NCBI GenBank assembly: GCA_043228905.1
Contig: JBHGNT010000452.1
Location: 1-24,775, forward strand
Direction: 5' to 3'
Length of the DNA: 24,775 bases
Source: Azolla caroliniana
Lineage: Eukaryota > Plantae > Polypodiophyta
Below the pieces are notes generated by a model, which was given only the letters and a program-made list of their open reading frames with translations, was not told where the DNA came from and did no database searches. Positions within the stretch are counted from its first letter, which is position 1; every line of letters starts with the position of its first letter. A program made the position numbers and the translations under genes. Of the stretch, positions 8,002-21,300 are shown in pieces.

Positions 8002-10975
8002 AAAACGACAAGTGTCACGAGTCGTTTTGGATTGAGGACCCGGTTTGTCTGGATATTGATGATGGAAGTCGTCAAGAAGAGCACGAGCATTGGTCACATT
8101 CTCTATCGGTTCCTAAGTACGCTCGTTGGGACTATATCCTAGCCAATCGAGTAGATAGTAGAGCTTGTTGCGAACAATCTTGGAATCAAGGATGGCTGCA
8201 ACCTCGTACTCAGGTCCATCTTTAAGCTCGATCGAGGGTGGAGGCTGTGTAATACGTCTTGGGATGGTGCTCTCTTGATAGGGTTCGAGGAGAGAACTAT
8301 GAAACATTGGATGTATCCGAAGTTGCGAAGGTAGATCGAGACGAAAAGCGACATCATTAATCTTTCCTATAATACGGAAAGGACCTAATCGCCGATAACC
8401 CAACTTCTTGCATGGGTGAGTAGTCTTGATGTGTCGTCATAGTAGCCATACCTGATCTCCAATGTTAAAACTAGATGGAAGTCGATGACGATCCGTGTAA
8501 ACCTTGTGTGTTTGTTGAGCTTGTTGGAGATGAGTAGATAAATCGGCTTGTATCTTGCGTAACCGCTCTAAACAATCCTCTGCGCAAGGATTTGAGGACA
8601 ACTCTGGGGTTTCAAATACACACCACCGGGGCTGACAACTTGTATAAGCATAAAATGGTGTAACTTTAGTCGATGCGTGGACAAAGGTATTATAGGCAAA
8701 TTCGGCGAAGTGGAGAATATTTGCCCAGTCATCCTGATGATAACTTAGAAAGCACCGAAGATACTGCTCCAGCGTTTGATTTGTTCATTCTGCTTGGCCA
8801 TCGGTTTGTGGGTGGTAGCCGGAGGTGAGGTTACAAGTGACCTTGAGCATTTTAAAAAGGTGCTTCCAGAATTTTGATACGAACTGGGGTCCACGGTCGC
8901 TAATGATACTATCAGGAAGGCCATGATGCCGACATAGCAAGAAATGAGCCATATTCATATATCGATCTACAACTGTTAGAATCGCATTGAACCCCTTAGA
9001 GACTGGAAGATCTGTGATGAAGTCTAGAGCAATGGATTGCCACGGCTTGCTTGGAATTGGTAATGGTTTTAATAAACCATATGGATGATGCCTTGGCATT
9101 TTCACTCTGTAGCATGTATCACAAGTCCGAACGCGTGAGGAAGTGGGCCCACCGAGCTTGACATCGATTTAACACACGAGCGTCTTGAAAGTAGACAAGG
9201 TTTTTGTGGTCACTGAATACGGTGACTTGATGAGAGGATCCCTCTAGAAAATTCCTCCATTGCGTAAAAGAGTCCACTATTGCCAATAGCTCCTTATCAT
9301 GAATTTTGTAGTTGATTTCGGCGGCGTCAAACTTGCGTGAGTGAAAAGCCACAGGATGTAGCTTCTCATCATTACCCCATTGTGACAGAATGCTCCTCAA
9401 TGCGAAATCCGATGTGTTTGCTTCGATAATGAATGGTTTTTCCGGATCGACATGAGCTAGAATTGGAGCCGATGTAAATGCCTTTTTAAGACTCTCGAAA
9501 GCCATGTCCGCTTCTTCAGACCAAACGAACGATTGTCCCTACCTGGTAAGCTGTGTGAGAGGCAGAACGAGCTTTGAGTAATCCTGTATGAACTTCTGGT
9601 AAAAATTGGCAAAGCCTAAAAAGCATTGCACATCTCGCACCGAACGTGGAGTTTGCCACTCTACCACAGTTTTGACCTTAGCTAGGTCCATGGACATGCA
9701 TTCTGAGGAAATGACATAGCCCAGAAATTCCACCTGGTTGCACCCAAAACTACATTTTTCCAGCTTTGCATAAAGACCATGTTCTCGAAGTCATTTTAAT
9801 ACTAATAGTACAGGAGAATCATGCTCTTCTTGGGTCTTCGAATAAACCAGTAGATCATCCAAATAGATGATCAAACAAACATCCAAGAGATCTCAGAATA
9901 TATCATTTGCCATGTGCTGGAAGACTGTTGGCGCATTAGTGAGGCCGAACGACATGACCGTATACTCGAAGTGCCCATATCTGGTGCGAAACGCGGTCTT
10001 CCATTCATCTCCTGGTCGGATCCGTACGAGGTTATAGGCTCCCCGTAAGTCGATCTTCGTGAAGAACCTTGCACCATTGATCTGTTCTAAAAGACTTGAG
10101 ATAAGGGGAAGTGCATACCTATTTCTGATTGTAACCTTATTCAAGCCACGGTAATCTACAACGAGACGAAGTGATCCATCCTTTTTCTTGACGAAGAAAA
10201 TGGGTGCGCCGGCTGGAGATTTCGAATGCCGAATGAAACCATTTTCCAAATTCTCCTCTATATAGGCTCGCAGGACTTCTAGCTCGGTTGGTGACAAATT
10301 GTAGATTGGTCCCCATGGTGGCTCTTTCCCCGGTGTAAATCGATGGGGCAATCATACGATCGATGGTGAGAAAGTGTATTGGCTTGTACTTTATCGAACA
10401 CATCGGCATAATGATGATACTTCTTTGGAAGTTGAACGATGGACTCCCCTTTAATGGTGTCTAAGGGCTTTGCCGATATTGTGAAGAGAAACATTTCCTC
10501 CTTGCGTCCTTCTTCCCGCAACTGATGTAGCGAAATGGTTGCAATCTCATGAGTAGACCCTCGGGTTTTTCGATACCGGATTTCTCTTGTTCTCCAATCT
10601 ATGTCTAGGTTATGTAATTCGAACCATGGTAATCCTAAAACAATGGGGTGTTTTGGGATGCTAATTATATTAATTGATACTACACATGCTAGATTATCTA
10701 GGACAATATTAACGGGTTCTAACTCTTATATGATATTTTCAGAAGCAATGGGACGACCATCAATGACTACTACAGAGGCTGGACACAGAAGTTTTTTGAC
10801 AGATATCTGATGAGCTTGGGCAAAGTTCCTATCCATGAAGCAAGAATTAGCTCTGGAATCTAGAAGTGCTAAGACATGTACTGGAGGGGTACTTTTAGTA
10901 CTAACTGTTACTTGGGCTACGAACACATTGCTAACTTGCTTAGAGGGAATGGAACCACTAATGGGCTGCACAGAT

Positions 10976-11028
10976 CTAGGGCTGTCCAACCAAACGGCTC
11001 CTATTTTGGCTGGACTTAGTCGTTTAAC
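10976..11028 (-). promoter_or_regulatory. Putative -1 ribosomal frameshift signal (gag/pol)
   Basis: Minus strand G_TTA_AAC, 6-nt spacer GACTAA containing the gag stop, then stem GTCCAGCCAAA/TTTGGTTGGAC; the -1 frame is open into the protease ORF. Confidence 0.75.
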
Positions 11029-12152
11029 TCTTCTTCTAATTGACTAAGGACATCAAATTTGTTCGCTAGATTTGGGCTATTAGTACTATTAGGACTATCA
11101 GATATCCCTACTCAAATAGACTCGGGTTTAGTACAATCAGAACTAGCAACTATTTGATTTACCTACCTTCTTGGCCTATGGGGACAGTTTACCACGATAT
11201 GCCCTGGTCCACCGCAATAAAGACATAGTCGGTTTGCTCGGTGTCGTTGCTTTTCTTCTTCCGATAGCGGTTCACGACGACGTGCAGTGTCAATTTCCAT
11301 CGGAGTTGGAGTACTTACTAGAGGCGCATTATATGACTCCCTTGAAAAAGGTTTCGCTACCACTGAGGCGTAGGTAGGCTCAGATCTTGCCCTTGGCATT
11401 TGGAACTGACATTCCAAACGCCGTTCAAAGAGGCGATTGTCGCATCTCACTGGGCAACTGATTGCTTTTGTTAATGACTTTGGTTCTTCGGGAAATGTCA
11501 AGAGTAAATCTTTGACATCGTTACGTAGACCATAACGAAATTGCTCCATTAATGCTTGATCATCTCAAGGGATATCGGAGGCGAGTAGACGAAAATCTGT
11601 AGCGTATGCGAAGGCTGGACGATCGCCTTGACGTAGTTGTCGGATTTTGTTGATCGTTGTCCTTATGTTGTCAGTATCTCCAAAACAGGCTTTAAACTCA
11701 CTTAGAAATTCTTCAAAATTGTTTAGTAATGGAGATTCTTTTTCTAACAGCGGAGCGAACCATGCCAACGCTGAGCCACTTAACAACGTGCCTACTAAAC
11801 CCACTCGTGATGCATCGGTGGGATATCGAGAAGGATGCATTTGAATAACTAGTCATACCTGTTTAAGGAACCCTCTAAACTGCGATCGCGTTCCATCGAA
11901 TTTCATGGGAAGGCCGATCTTAGGTTCTTTGTGAATCGCTTGTGTTCCGGGTCCTTGTTGCATCGCTACGATGGTTGCTTCGAGTTGTTGCACACGTAAC
12001 GCCAGCTCCCCGTGTTGTTGTTTTTCCAGAGCTATTTGTTGAAGATCCCCCAACAAACGGTGATTTTCTTGTTCTAGTGCTACAAATTTCTCCTTTAAGC
12101 ACTGGAGCTCCGAGAAAATAGATTGGTATTCCTGAGCGCTAACAGTTTCCAT
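11016..12152 (-). pseudogene. gag: gag with coiled-coil N terminus, capsid and CCHC zinc knuckle
   Basis: ORFs 11853..12152, 11565..11840 and 11163..11549 share one frame, broken by stops; KFDGTRSQFRGF, LLSGSALAWF, PTPMEID, CLYCGGPGHIVVNC; likely true stop at 11016-11018. Confidence 0.93.
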
Positions 12153-12294
12153 TTTACTAGGGAGGATAAGAGGATTAGTATGAAAGGAAGAAAGGGGTAA
12201 GAAGATGAGGGAAACAGAAAAGAAGACCGGAAAAAGGGGATATGTAAGAAGATAAAAGGAAGAGGAGGAAAGGAGGAGACGGAAGGAGGACGCA

Positions 12295-12306
12295 AAATCG
12301 GTTCAA
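12295..12306 (-). other. Non-tRNA (self-priming) primer-binding site
   Basis: Minus strand TTGAACCGATTT, 2 nt after the 5' LTR, exactly complementary to LTR minus-strand AAATCGGTTCAA (12539-12528); no TGG-type PBS. Confidence 0.85.
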
Positions 12307-12308
12307 AC

Positions 12309-12404
12309 TGTCAGGATCAGTACTAAGACAGAGAAGGAATTAGTACTAAATGATGAGGATTAGTACTAAGAGAGGTGTAGAACTCTTGAGAGAAGGAAAG
12401 AGTG

Positions 12405-12451
<47 letters not shown>

Positions 12452-12756
12452 GTGAGAGAATGATAATAAAAGATATATATTATGTAAAGAGAGTATACAA
12501 TAGTAGCTAGGAGGCTTAAGACTGGCGTTGAACCGATTTGGTTCGAAATAATGCCTTATGCCTCCTTTTATAGTGTTCTCAGGAGTACTCCTGAAGTTTC
12601 TAGAATGTTCTAGAGAAATCTAGAATATACATCAATTTTCTATAATAAAATATAAATGAAAATGTTATTTTACGTATTACAATGTGTGGTTTAATGGTCA
12701 AGAGCACGACCCATGTAGCATAAGGTCATGGGTTCGAGTCTTGCCATATCATGACA
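12309..12756 (-). repeat. 5' LTR (448 bp)
   Basis: Direct repeat of 7549-7988; minus-strand TATAAAA at 12566-12572; (GA)n tract. Confidence 0.97.
12592..12611. promoter_or_regulatory. Heat-shock element-like array in LTR U3 (also 7824-7843)
   Basis: tGAAgtTTCtaGAAtgTTCt: four alternating nGAAn units, about 20 nt upstream of the LTR TATA box. Confidence 0.7.
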
Positions 12757-12761
12757 CAAGC

Positions 12762-13630
12762 CCTTATGTGATTTCGAGTGGGATCCACGAGGTATGGTGA
12801 CAAAAACCGGGAATGAACAAACTGGAAAGGTTTTTCGAGTACAATACATGATTGGCTCCAAATCAATGGGCACTACTCAAACTCGCAATAGCCGGAGGGA
12901 TAAAGGCATATCTGATGATTGGTTGAAGTCGTTTCGGAGGAGACTATTGGTGTTCGATATGCTAGAAAAAATAAAGCTTTGGTTGTGGCTACTTAGCCAT
13001 AAGGTGATACTTGTGGGGAAAGGTGTCGTGGTGGGGAGGCTGGTTGCAAGATATGTGGACACTCTTTGGAATCAATTCCTCACTGTTTTTGGAATTGCAC
13101 GGAGGAGATTAGAATTTGGGGTAGAAGTCTCAAGATTGTGGCAGCATGTGGTGTGAATGGGAGAGTTGTATGGGGGTCCTTACAGGGGTTGAAGTTAACA
13201 GGGGAAGGCTAGGCGAAACAATTAAACCACCATGGTCATGGATTTATAGTGTAGGGTGGCAATGTGTTTCAATGTGCTAGAGTTCGACCTGGCATAAACT
13301 TTGAATTTTTTGAGGAGATATGGATGATGGTGGCTTTCTTAACAGTCTGGCACATTTGGACCAGACGTTGTAAGTTTGTTTTTCAACAACAAAAGCTCCC
13401 ACGTGGTGAGGTGTTGTTAAACATTTGGTTCGAGCTAGTATCTTGGTTGTGGGGATGGTACGGCTCGATTCAACGGGAATTGGATGAAGTAGAAAGAGCT
13501 CGGTCAAAGGTTTTTGTTCAAATGGGGCAGTTCTCCTATGGTGGTTAGATCATCATCAGGCCCTACTAGGATCTACCAAGTACCTAGATGGTTGTTTCCA
13601 CCAATGGCTTCCATTAGTGACCAAGAGCTG
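12762..13630 (+). mobile_element. 5'-truncated L1-like LINE remnant (C-terminal zf-RVT region)
   Basis: KIKLWLWLLSHK, CKICGHSLESIPHCFWNC (CCHC) and VWHIWTRRCKFVFQ; collinear with the 3' end of the LINE at about 19.3-20.3 kb. Confidence 0.82.
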
Positions 13631-14907
13631 TAAATATGTATAGTTGTGTTACAAGTTAGTTACCATGTTAAAAGAGTTGATGGGATAGTTTTGTTGTAAA
13701 TGAGGGGGTGAGGACTAAGATCACTTTGATGAGAAGACCAGAGTGAGTTTTGTAGATATTTGTTGTTCTTTGATGTACTTTGTTTGGTAACTAATGCGAA
13801 GTAGTACACAAGACAAAATTAATGGATATTCCGATTGATATCCCTAAAGGGTTGTTATCCATTGCACCTTACATTTCCAAAAATGAAACCCCCAAGTGCT
13901 CCCACACAATTCAAGTGGAATATCAATAATCCACACTAGCTTTGTCAAGGACATATTCTTCTCTTTTTCAGGTACCTAATGGTCCCACTTAGCTTTCACA
14001 CACATGCAAGCTAATTTCACGACAATGTGACAACACATGCTGAAACATAATACAAAAATAAAATTATATTCATGTTTTTATACTTTACATAAAAGATACT
14101 TTAGGTTACACCCATCGCGGAACAAACATGGCGAGCCCAACTATCTCCTATATTTAGTTTTTGACTTTAGAGACAAGAATTTTGTGAAATTGTAAAAGAA
14201 AGTTTAATTTGAAGAAATAAATTTTCCTCAAGAGTAAGATGAAAAATACATTGAACGTTTCTGTAGTCTAAATATTTTGGTACCTTAGGAGTTCATTTTT
14301 TTAAGGAATTCACACAAAGGCACCAACTAGTATCGAAGGAGCCATGCCAAAACACTTCTCCTTAGCAACCAACATATATCCTCATTTATAGACACATGGA
14401 TGGCAATTTAATGGGCCTATTCATAAGCAAATATCTTTATTGCCAAAACAAAATGTTTTTAGTAATGAACAATGTGCTTGTTTATGTTCCCTACTCCATT
14501 CATTTTGAATGGTACAATAGAAACTTGGGGAGAATCCACCCACACAATTCTATTACAAGCATCTAGACTGGCAACTTTAGGTAGCTATCTCAACACCATA
14601 GGCTTCTAATGAGTATCATTTCAAATGATTAGATATTAGTTGTATTTTCCCATTCCTAAGCTTATTGTATTTTGCACTATTGTTTCTACTCAGATTTAGC
14701 TTTCTTAAGCTTATTTTGGTTGTAGCATAATAAATACTTTCAAAAAGAAAGTATTTCCCAAGTAGATTTGAGCACTCTCAATATTCCCCCACAATGGCAA
14801 AAGACGGTGGAGCAACAGAGAAGGTAGTTGGTTAAATGGACTAGAATGAGATTGTCATTTTAAAGAATTACCATTGTGTAACATAAACATGGATTATCAT
14901 TTTGTAT

Positions 14908-15097
14908 GTTGATAGATCAAAGCAATAAAGTATCGCTTATATTTAGCAAAAGAAGCAAATATGTTTACATTTTCAAATATCGACTTTATAATAGCTTTAA
15001 ATAAAGTTGATCGATCAAAGCAATAAAGTATTGGCTTATATTTAGCAAAAGACGCAAATATGTTTACATTTTCAAATCTAGACTTTATAATAGCTTT
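14908..15097. repeat. 98-bp tandem duplication
   Basis: Units 14908-14998 and 15006-15097 are near-identical (GATCAAAGCAATAAAGTAT...GACTTTATAATAGCTTT). Confidence 0.92.
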
Positions 15098-15324
15098 TTG
15101 GAAAAAAGAAGCTTTACATAAAGTTGGTGTCTTGAAATAATAATGCTATGCCTTCTTAAAGAGGCAATGAGTTCCAAAAATGTACTCATGTTTAATTACA
15201 TATCCAAATATTAATGAAACGGTCTATGGGCATATCAATAGAATGTGTATTAACAAGTAATGTCTTGTTAGTTTATTTACTTGTATGAATTTGAAGATAA
15301 AAGGTGATGCTTTTATTGTATGTT

Positions 15325-18300
15325 TTATGAGTCAATTTCATTCAACAAGTTCTCAGTAAAATCCCACAATTTGCGTCCGAGTTGAGGACTTCTGGACGAC
15401 TTAGAACGTTTTGAATAAGCACAATTTTGAAAGTACTTTCCATTAACGCCTTTCACTGCTGGGTGTAGAGCTAGAAAACATTGTGTTGCTGCTCCCTATA
15501 ATGTTGAGTAAAGCAAGGTTACACACGAGTGTATTTTTTTTAGTAATTCACGTACATTCGTTTTAAAGAGGAAAAACTTGTAGTAATAACATTAGTCAAG
15601 AAACACAAAGTTTAAAGTTAGAATGGTTTATTATGCATATCGACATTCACTTGTTGATATGATTATCTAAATGGTCTAAATATGAACTTTTATTTGCTAG
15701 AAGTTGTTATAACTATCCTTAGTCTCATGACTAAACTCCATCTATATTGTAATTTAGGACTTTATTTGCATGACCTAGGCATTTCTAAGGACCACACATC
15801 ACCTAGACTTGTACAAGGAGTTCATATCAAACCTCTTAAGTCCACATGGGAGAGCCATATCTAATGTCATAATTTGGGTAAATGTAGAGGGCATTCAAGT
15901 CATAAATGATGTTGTGTTTGCTGAGGTTTGTCATAATGAAATATTTGTTCGAGGTAGCTTTTGGTGGTACTGTCAGAGTGATCAAAGAACAATGTGAACT
16001 ATAGCATGATTGTTACAAATTCCACTCATGGATTTGGACCATCATTCCATCAGTGAAAATGAATGGATGTCTAAATCGTGCGTGCTCCCCACTCGCGACC
16101 TATTGTGCAAAGCATCATGAACACTTGAAAATCTCCCACCCCATTCCATGATTATGAATGTTGTAACACAAAACGTGCAAGGGCTTAGGAGTCGACTAGA
16201 CCAACAAAACAGATGGAAACTGATTAGGGGGTGCTGCCGACATCATCGTGTTGCAGGAACACTACCTTGATAGTATCTGTTCAAAGGAAGTTGGAGACCT
16301 TCTACTAGGATCGTGGTGAACAATTTGGGAACTAGCAATAGGGGAGGATGGAAATCAGGGTGGTGTTTGCACTTTGATTTGGGAACATCTAGCCCAAGGC
16401 GAAATACACCAGGAATCACTTATACTTGGTAGGGCTCATTTTTGCATGTTGACCATCCAAGGGCAATGCTGGAATTTCATGAATGTTTATGCTCCAAATA
16501 GCATAACAGAAAGGGAAACATTTTGGAAGTGCATCCACCTACAAGTAGCGGGTGAGGAGGAGTGGTGCATTGGAGGGGATTTTAATATGAACGAATCCCT
16601 TCATGATAGCTCTAACAATAATCCCATAGTTCTCCAAGGAAGGGAACGTAAACAATGGGAGAAGTTATGTGTCCACCTTAACCTGCGAGATATATGGCAT
16701 TCAGCCAACTTGCAACAAAAAAGGGACTCTCTCTTATTTTCCCAATAAGATGGGTGGAATAGTGGACCCACCCTATCTCACATCGGCTGTATTGATGTAG
16801 GTGAGGCGTTAGAAGAGAAGGGAGGATGGTGTCGCATAACTCCAGGCATGACTTTCTCCGACCATTACCCGATAATCGACCATTTTCAATTGCACCGATA
16901 GTGGGGTCCATTCCAGCCTCGAATCCCACACACTATTTACACAGTTATAGAGGTCAAGGAACAACTCACCACCCAATGTTCATTACCCGTCAATGACTCA
17001 TCAACATCCGACAAACTTCTACTTAAACTAACAAGATCTTCAAATCTATTACAAGAGATCGTCAAGACCAAAAGTAAGGATGCTCAGGAAAAGAAATAGA
17101 GGAAAAAACGGGGACTAATAGCCTTACAACGACTCCAAGAGATACCCGTCATGTAGTTGGGTCGGGGGACATGTTGCCATGGTCAAACAAGAACTCATCA
17201 TGGCAGAAATGGCAATCTATGACATGGAGTTTCATGGAAGCATGGCTCGCTAGATTCGAGTAGGGGACAAAAGCACGAAGGAATTCTTCCGATCCAAGGG
17301 ATCGAGACACGCTAGAATAGTGATGCGCAGCCTCAACTGAGAGGATGGAATGAACACTAAGGATGGCGAAGAAATGAGGAATATCGCCACAACCTATTGT
17401 AAGCGACTACTTACCGAAGATGGTATGGCCACAGGGGAATACACAAGAGAAGATATTATCCTCCAGAGCATACCCTAGAAAGTCACAACGGAATGAATAC
17501 ATGACTCACGCGTCCCTTGTCATTCATCGAGATATGGGAGGCCCTCCCCAATTTGGATGCAGATAGTTGCCCTGGAATCGATGGCCTCACCCCTCACTTC
17601 TTCACGAGCCTTTGGGACACTATTAAAGAAGACCTCCTCCAGGCATATGAGGAGATCATCACTTCTGGAAACACACTGGAGGAATCTGGATAGGGGATGA
17701 TACATCTCATTCCTAAAAGTGGTGGGAGTGCCAACGACATTAGTAAGTGTCGGCCCATAACTCTTCTAAATACTATCTATAAGCTGCTCGCAAAAATCGT
17801 GGCACGCTGCTTAGCACCACTTCTGCCTCAACTATTCATCCATCCTAGACAGGTTTCATTAGAAATCGGAGCATCCTAGACAAACTTTTCTCATTTTGGG
17901 AAGTAATAGCCCTTCCCAAGAGTACCAACAACAAGGTAGTCATGGTTCTCCTAGAATTTGAGAAAACATATGATAGGGTATGCTGGAAATTTCTAGAAAG
18001 TGTGATGGGGAAACTCGACTTTCAAGAGGCATGGATCAAAGGCACGGTAGGACTTTATCGGAACACCAACAATTACGTTTCAATAGCAGGTGAAAGGGAC
18101 CCCTTCTTCCAAATATCATGACCTGCACATCAAGGATGCCCATTAGCGCCATCCTTATTTCTATTATATGCTGAATCAATCTCTAGCTTTCTCAACTCGC
18201 GGCATATAAACCTATGAGGAAGTGAATTGGCCGTATATGCAAGAGATCGAATGCCATCATTGATCAATTGGCACAAATCTTATACAATATGGCTTTCTCA

Positions 18301-21300
18301 TGAAGCACATCTTGCGTGGCACCCGCATCCCGCTTTCAAGTGGATCAATTAGGGAGTGAGCACCAAATATTTGGGTTTCCAAATTGGATTCAACATTCCT
18401 CCGGAGACTATGATTGCACTAGTTATTCACTCCATTCAACAAAAGTTGATACATTAGACTTCGAAAAAACTCTCGCTAGTGGGTCCCATCATAGTGGCAA
18501 ACCAGGTCTTACTCACAATAACATGGTATAGCCTATTGTGTTGGACAATCTCCAAGAAAAGTATACACCAAATTCAACAACTAGTACACAACTACATTTG
18601 GTTTGGTAAAGAAGATCATGCAGCTCAGGCCAAGGTGGCATTATCACCTAAGTCAAGAGGAGGATTGGGTCTTATTGATCCCCTCTCACAATCCAAAGCC
18701 TTACTCGCCAAATTTGTGGTGTGAGAACTCCAACCAGGGGATGACTATTGGAAAATGTTATTGCTTTTATGTTTCGCTTTCTTTAGACCACTAAAAGGGG
18801 CTAATTGGGCCCCCCAAACGAGTTGGATTCTAAACATGGATCTCAAACCTAGTTTCTCACACCAATTGGAGGATAGATTCAGAGCATCCATGTGTAAGCC
18901 GTGGTGTGACATTAGTCGAGGGCTCAAGTGCGATCAACCTAACTCCGAACCTACTTGGCTCAATTAACGTATCTTATGGAACCCATGTATCAGAGATGAA
19001 TCTTATCAACTAATTGGATCAAGTAAGGGGTTATCATGGGGATACATTGCAAAAGGTCCAAGCAAAAGTATAGAAGGCTAGAGACGGTTTATGTCATTGC
19101 CAATACAAGATCAAGCCAACATACTCCATGGAATCAAGTGCGGATGGACTAGGAGATCTAAAATCATTAACACTCTACTGCTTAGGGAAGTTGTTAATCA
19201 AAGGAAGACAATGGAGAAATGGATCAGCTATGAGGAGGAGGGCTCTTTGATCCCAAGAGGTAGGGAAACACCAAACAAGATCGAAGGCTCTAAATTGCGA
19301 GACAATGAGATACTAACATTGAATAGGGCAATTCGAGTACTCGCATATATTGGTCATAAATGAATTGTAGATCCCGATCTGATCATAGTACAACCAGAAT
19401 GGCACATATGTACATATGAAAACACATGGATACGTAGAGTCAGTTGGGACCCTTTGCAATGGACATGGCACGATCCTTATGCAGGTCAAGGAAGCACAAT
19501 CATCCCTTTCTTCTAATTCACGACTAGATTGGGTCGCCACATTCTAGCCACTCAAACTACCCGAGAGCCAACTGTTGCAAAGGTCTGGCACACATATCAT
19601 GTTCCTCACACAATTATCACCATGTTTTGGCAGAAAATATAGAAACAACAACACGCTAGGCGAATTGCCACATTCCAGTGACTATTAATACATAAGTCAC
19701 TACCGGTTGGAGCATGGTAGTGTGGGAACCTTAGCTCTCCTAATTGTGTAGTGTGCCCAAATGCAATAGAATCAATCCGACACGCTCTATGGGACTGCCC
19801 AGAGACCCATTGAATATGGCTGGGGGTTGGCCACCTATTGCGGTTATGCAAGTGCAAGGCACAATCAAGTGGGGAAATGTATGTTGGTTATCATGGCAGA
19901 CCCTAGTTGATAGGTACGAGCATCAGGAGGGGATGACTCTGGTGATAAAGCACAAGAGTTTTGTTTTTCCACCATCGGCAATATCCACTCAACTCCTATT
20001 AATGCCAAATCTCAAGTTGTGTTGGAATTGGTCAACCCAATAACACTTTGGATTCTACGGAAACAACAGTGTAGACGGGTCTTCTCCAACCAAACCGCAC
20101 ATCCAATAATGTTAATGCAAGAGATATGGAGTGAAGTTGTAGCCACTCTAAAGAGCCAATACAATGGCTTCAAGGGCAGCTTCGATGAAGTTGAAAGACA
20201 ATGACTAGCCTTTATCCAACAATGGTCATCATCTCCTTTTCTTGAGTCTGTGGGCATTCACATAAGATGGAACTATCATGTCCCTATAGGGATTTGTATA
20301 TAATACTCTCAGCTGTAAAAAATTTTAACTAATGGAAGGAGTTTTTTTTTGGAAAAAAAGAAGAAGAAACAAAGAAGGCAAATATTAAATAATGGCAACA
20401 TTGCTCCATTGTCCTTTTGAGATATAAACACAATCAAGATCCTTAAAATTATTTAACATAATTTTATACTAAGAATCATTTATAGTTTGAATGGAAAACT
20501 CTTAGGATATAAATACTTTCTTAAACCAAGGTTAGTTAGAGGAAAACCAATTAAATTACTACTTACTTGTGGAATAGTCTTCAGGAACAACTTCAGTGCA
20601 AGTGCTTCCAAGTATGTTACGAGAACTGCCACGATGATTAGATTAGACAAAGCAATTAAAAAGAATCTACCAACATGTACAAGTGTTTACAATAATAGGA
20701 GAAATGACCGAAGCTCAATAACAAAAATGAATGATTAAGTGTAGCAAAGTAAATAATGTTGTTTATAAGAGAAGCAAGCAACTCCTATATATATGTATAT
20801 AGCTTGTTTATTAGAGGCAATTCAATCCAGCAAGACAATTTGTTTATATAATGTTTTAGGATGATGTAGTGCTAAAGTTGTTTTTTGCTATGGATTGAAG
20901 TCTATGAGATGAATGGATAACATTGCCCCTTAAAAGCTAGCCCTAATGAAGTTAGCCAATTGGATTAGCATAGTTGATTCACACTTTTAAGTGTGTGTTG
21001 AAACTTGAAATATAGTACCTTTTAAAAATCGACTATTGTTCACAAGGTTTGTATATATGATCCCAGGATGAAGAGAGTTTATTGTCACATTGACACCTTC
21101 TTCCTAACAAACAAATATGGTCATCATATAGAAAACTTTAGGTAAACATTTATAATCGATTTTCCATTTAATATAGTATTTTATTATGCACATACCTCTA
21201 ATCGTGTGGCAAGCTCATTTGCATGCAATATAGTTGCTAGTTTTGATCTCGCATACGCAAGGTAGGACCAATATCTATAAGAGAATGAATGAAATATAGA

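Larger units (their letters stand above)
7981..11028 (-). pseudogene. pol: pol (protease, RT, RNase H, integrase, chromodomain), disrupted
   Basis: ALLDSRANSCF (decayed DSG), [27 protein letters not shown] at about 9855-9870, FLGFANFY, HDKELLAIV, ISDRGPQF, GYHPQTDGQAE, GPFRI, EYEVAAILDSKIVRNKLYYLLDWLGY; many stops and frameshifts. Confidence 0.95.
7549..12756 (-). mobile_element. Ty3/Gypsy chromovirus LTR retrotransposon (Tcn1/Tf1-like), decayed with internal deletions
   Basis: Paired LTRs, perfect 5-bp TSD CAAGC (7544-7548, 12757-12761), order gag-PR-RT-RH-INT-chromodomain on the minus strand, PPT present. Confidence 0.97.

Noticed and set aside
13860-13930. Minus-strand NCVGALGG resembling the Harbinger NCVGAIDG motif
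   Set aside because: Catalytic Asp absent and no other transposase motifs recognisable nearby.
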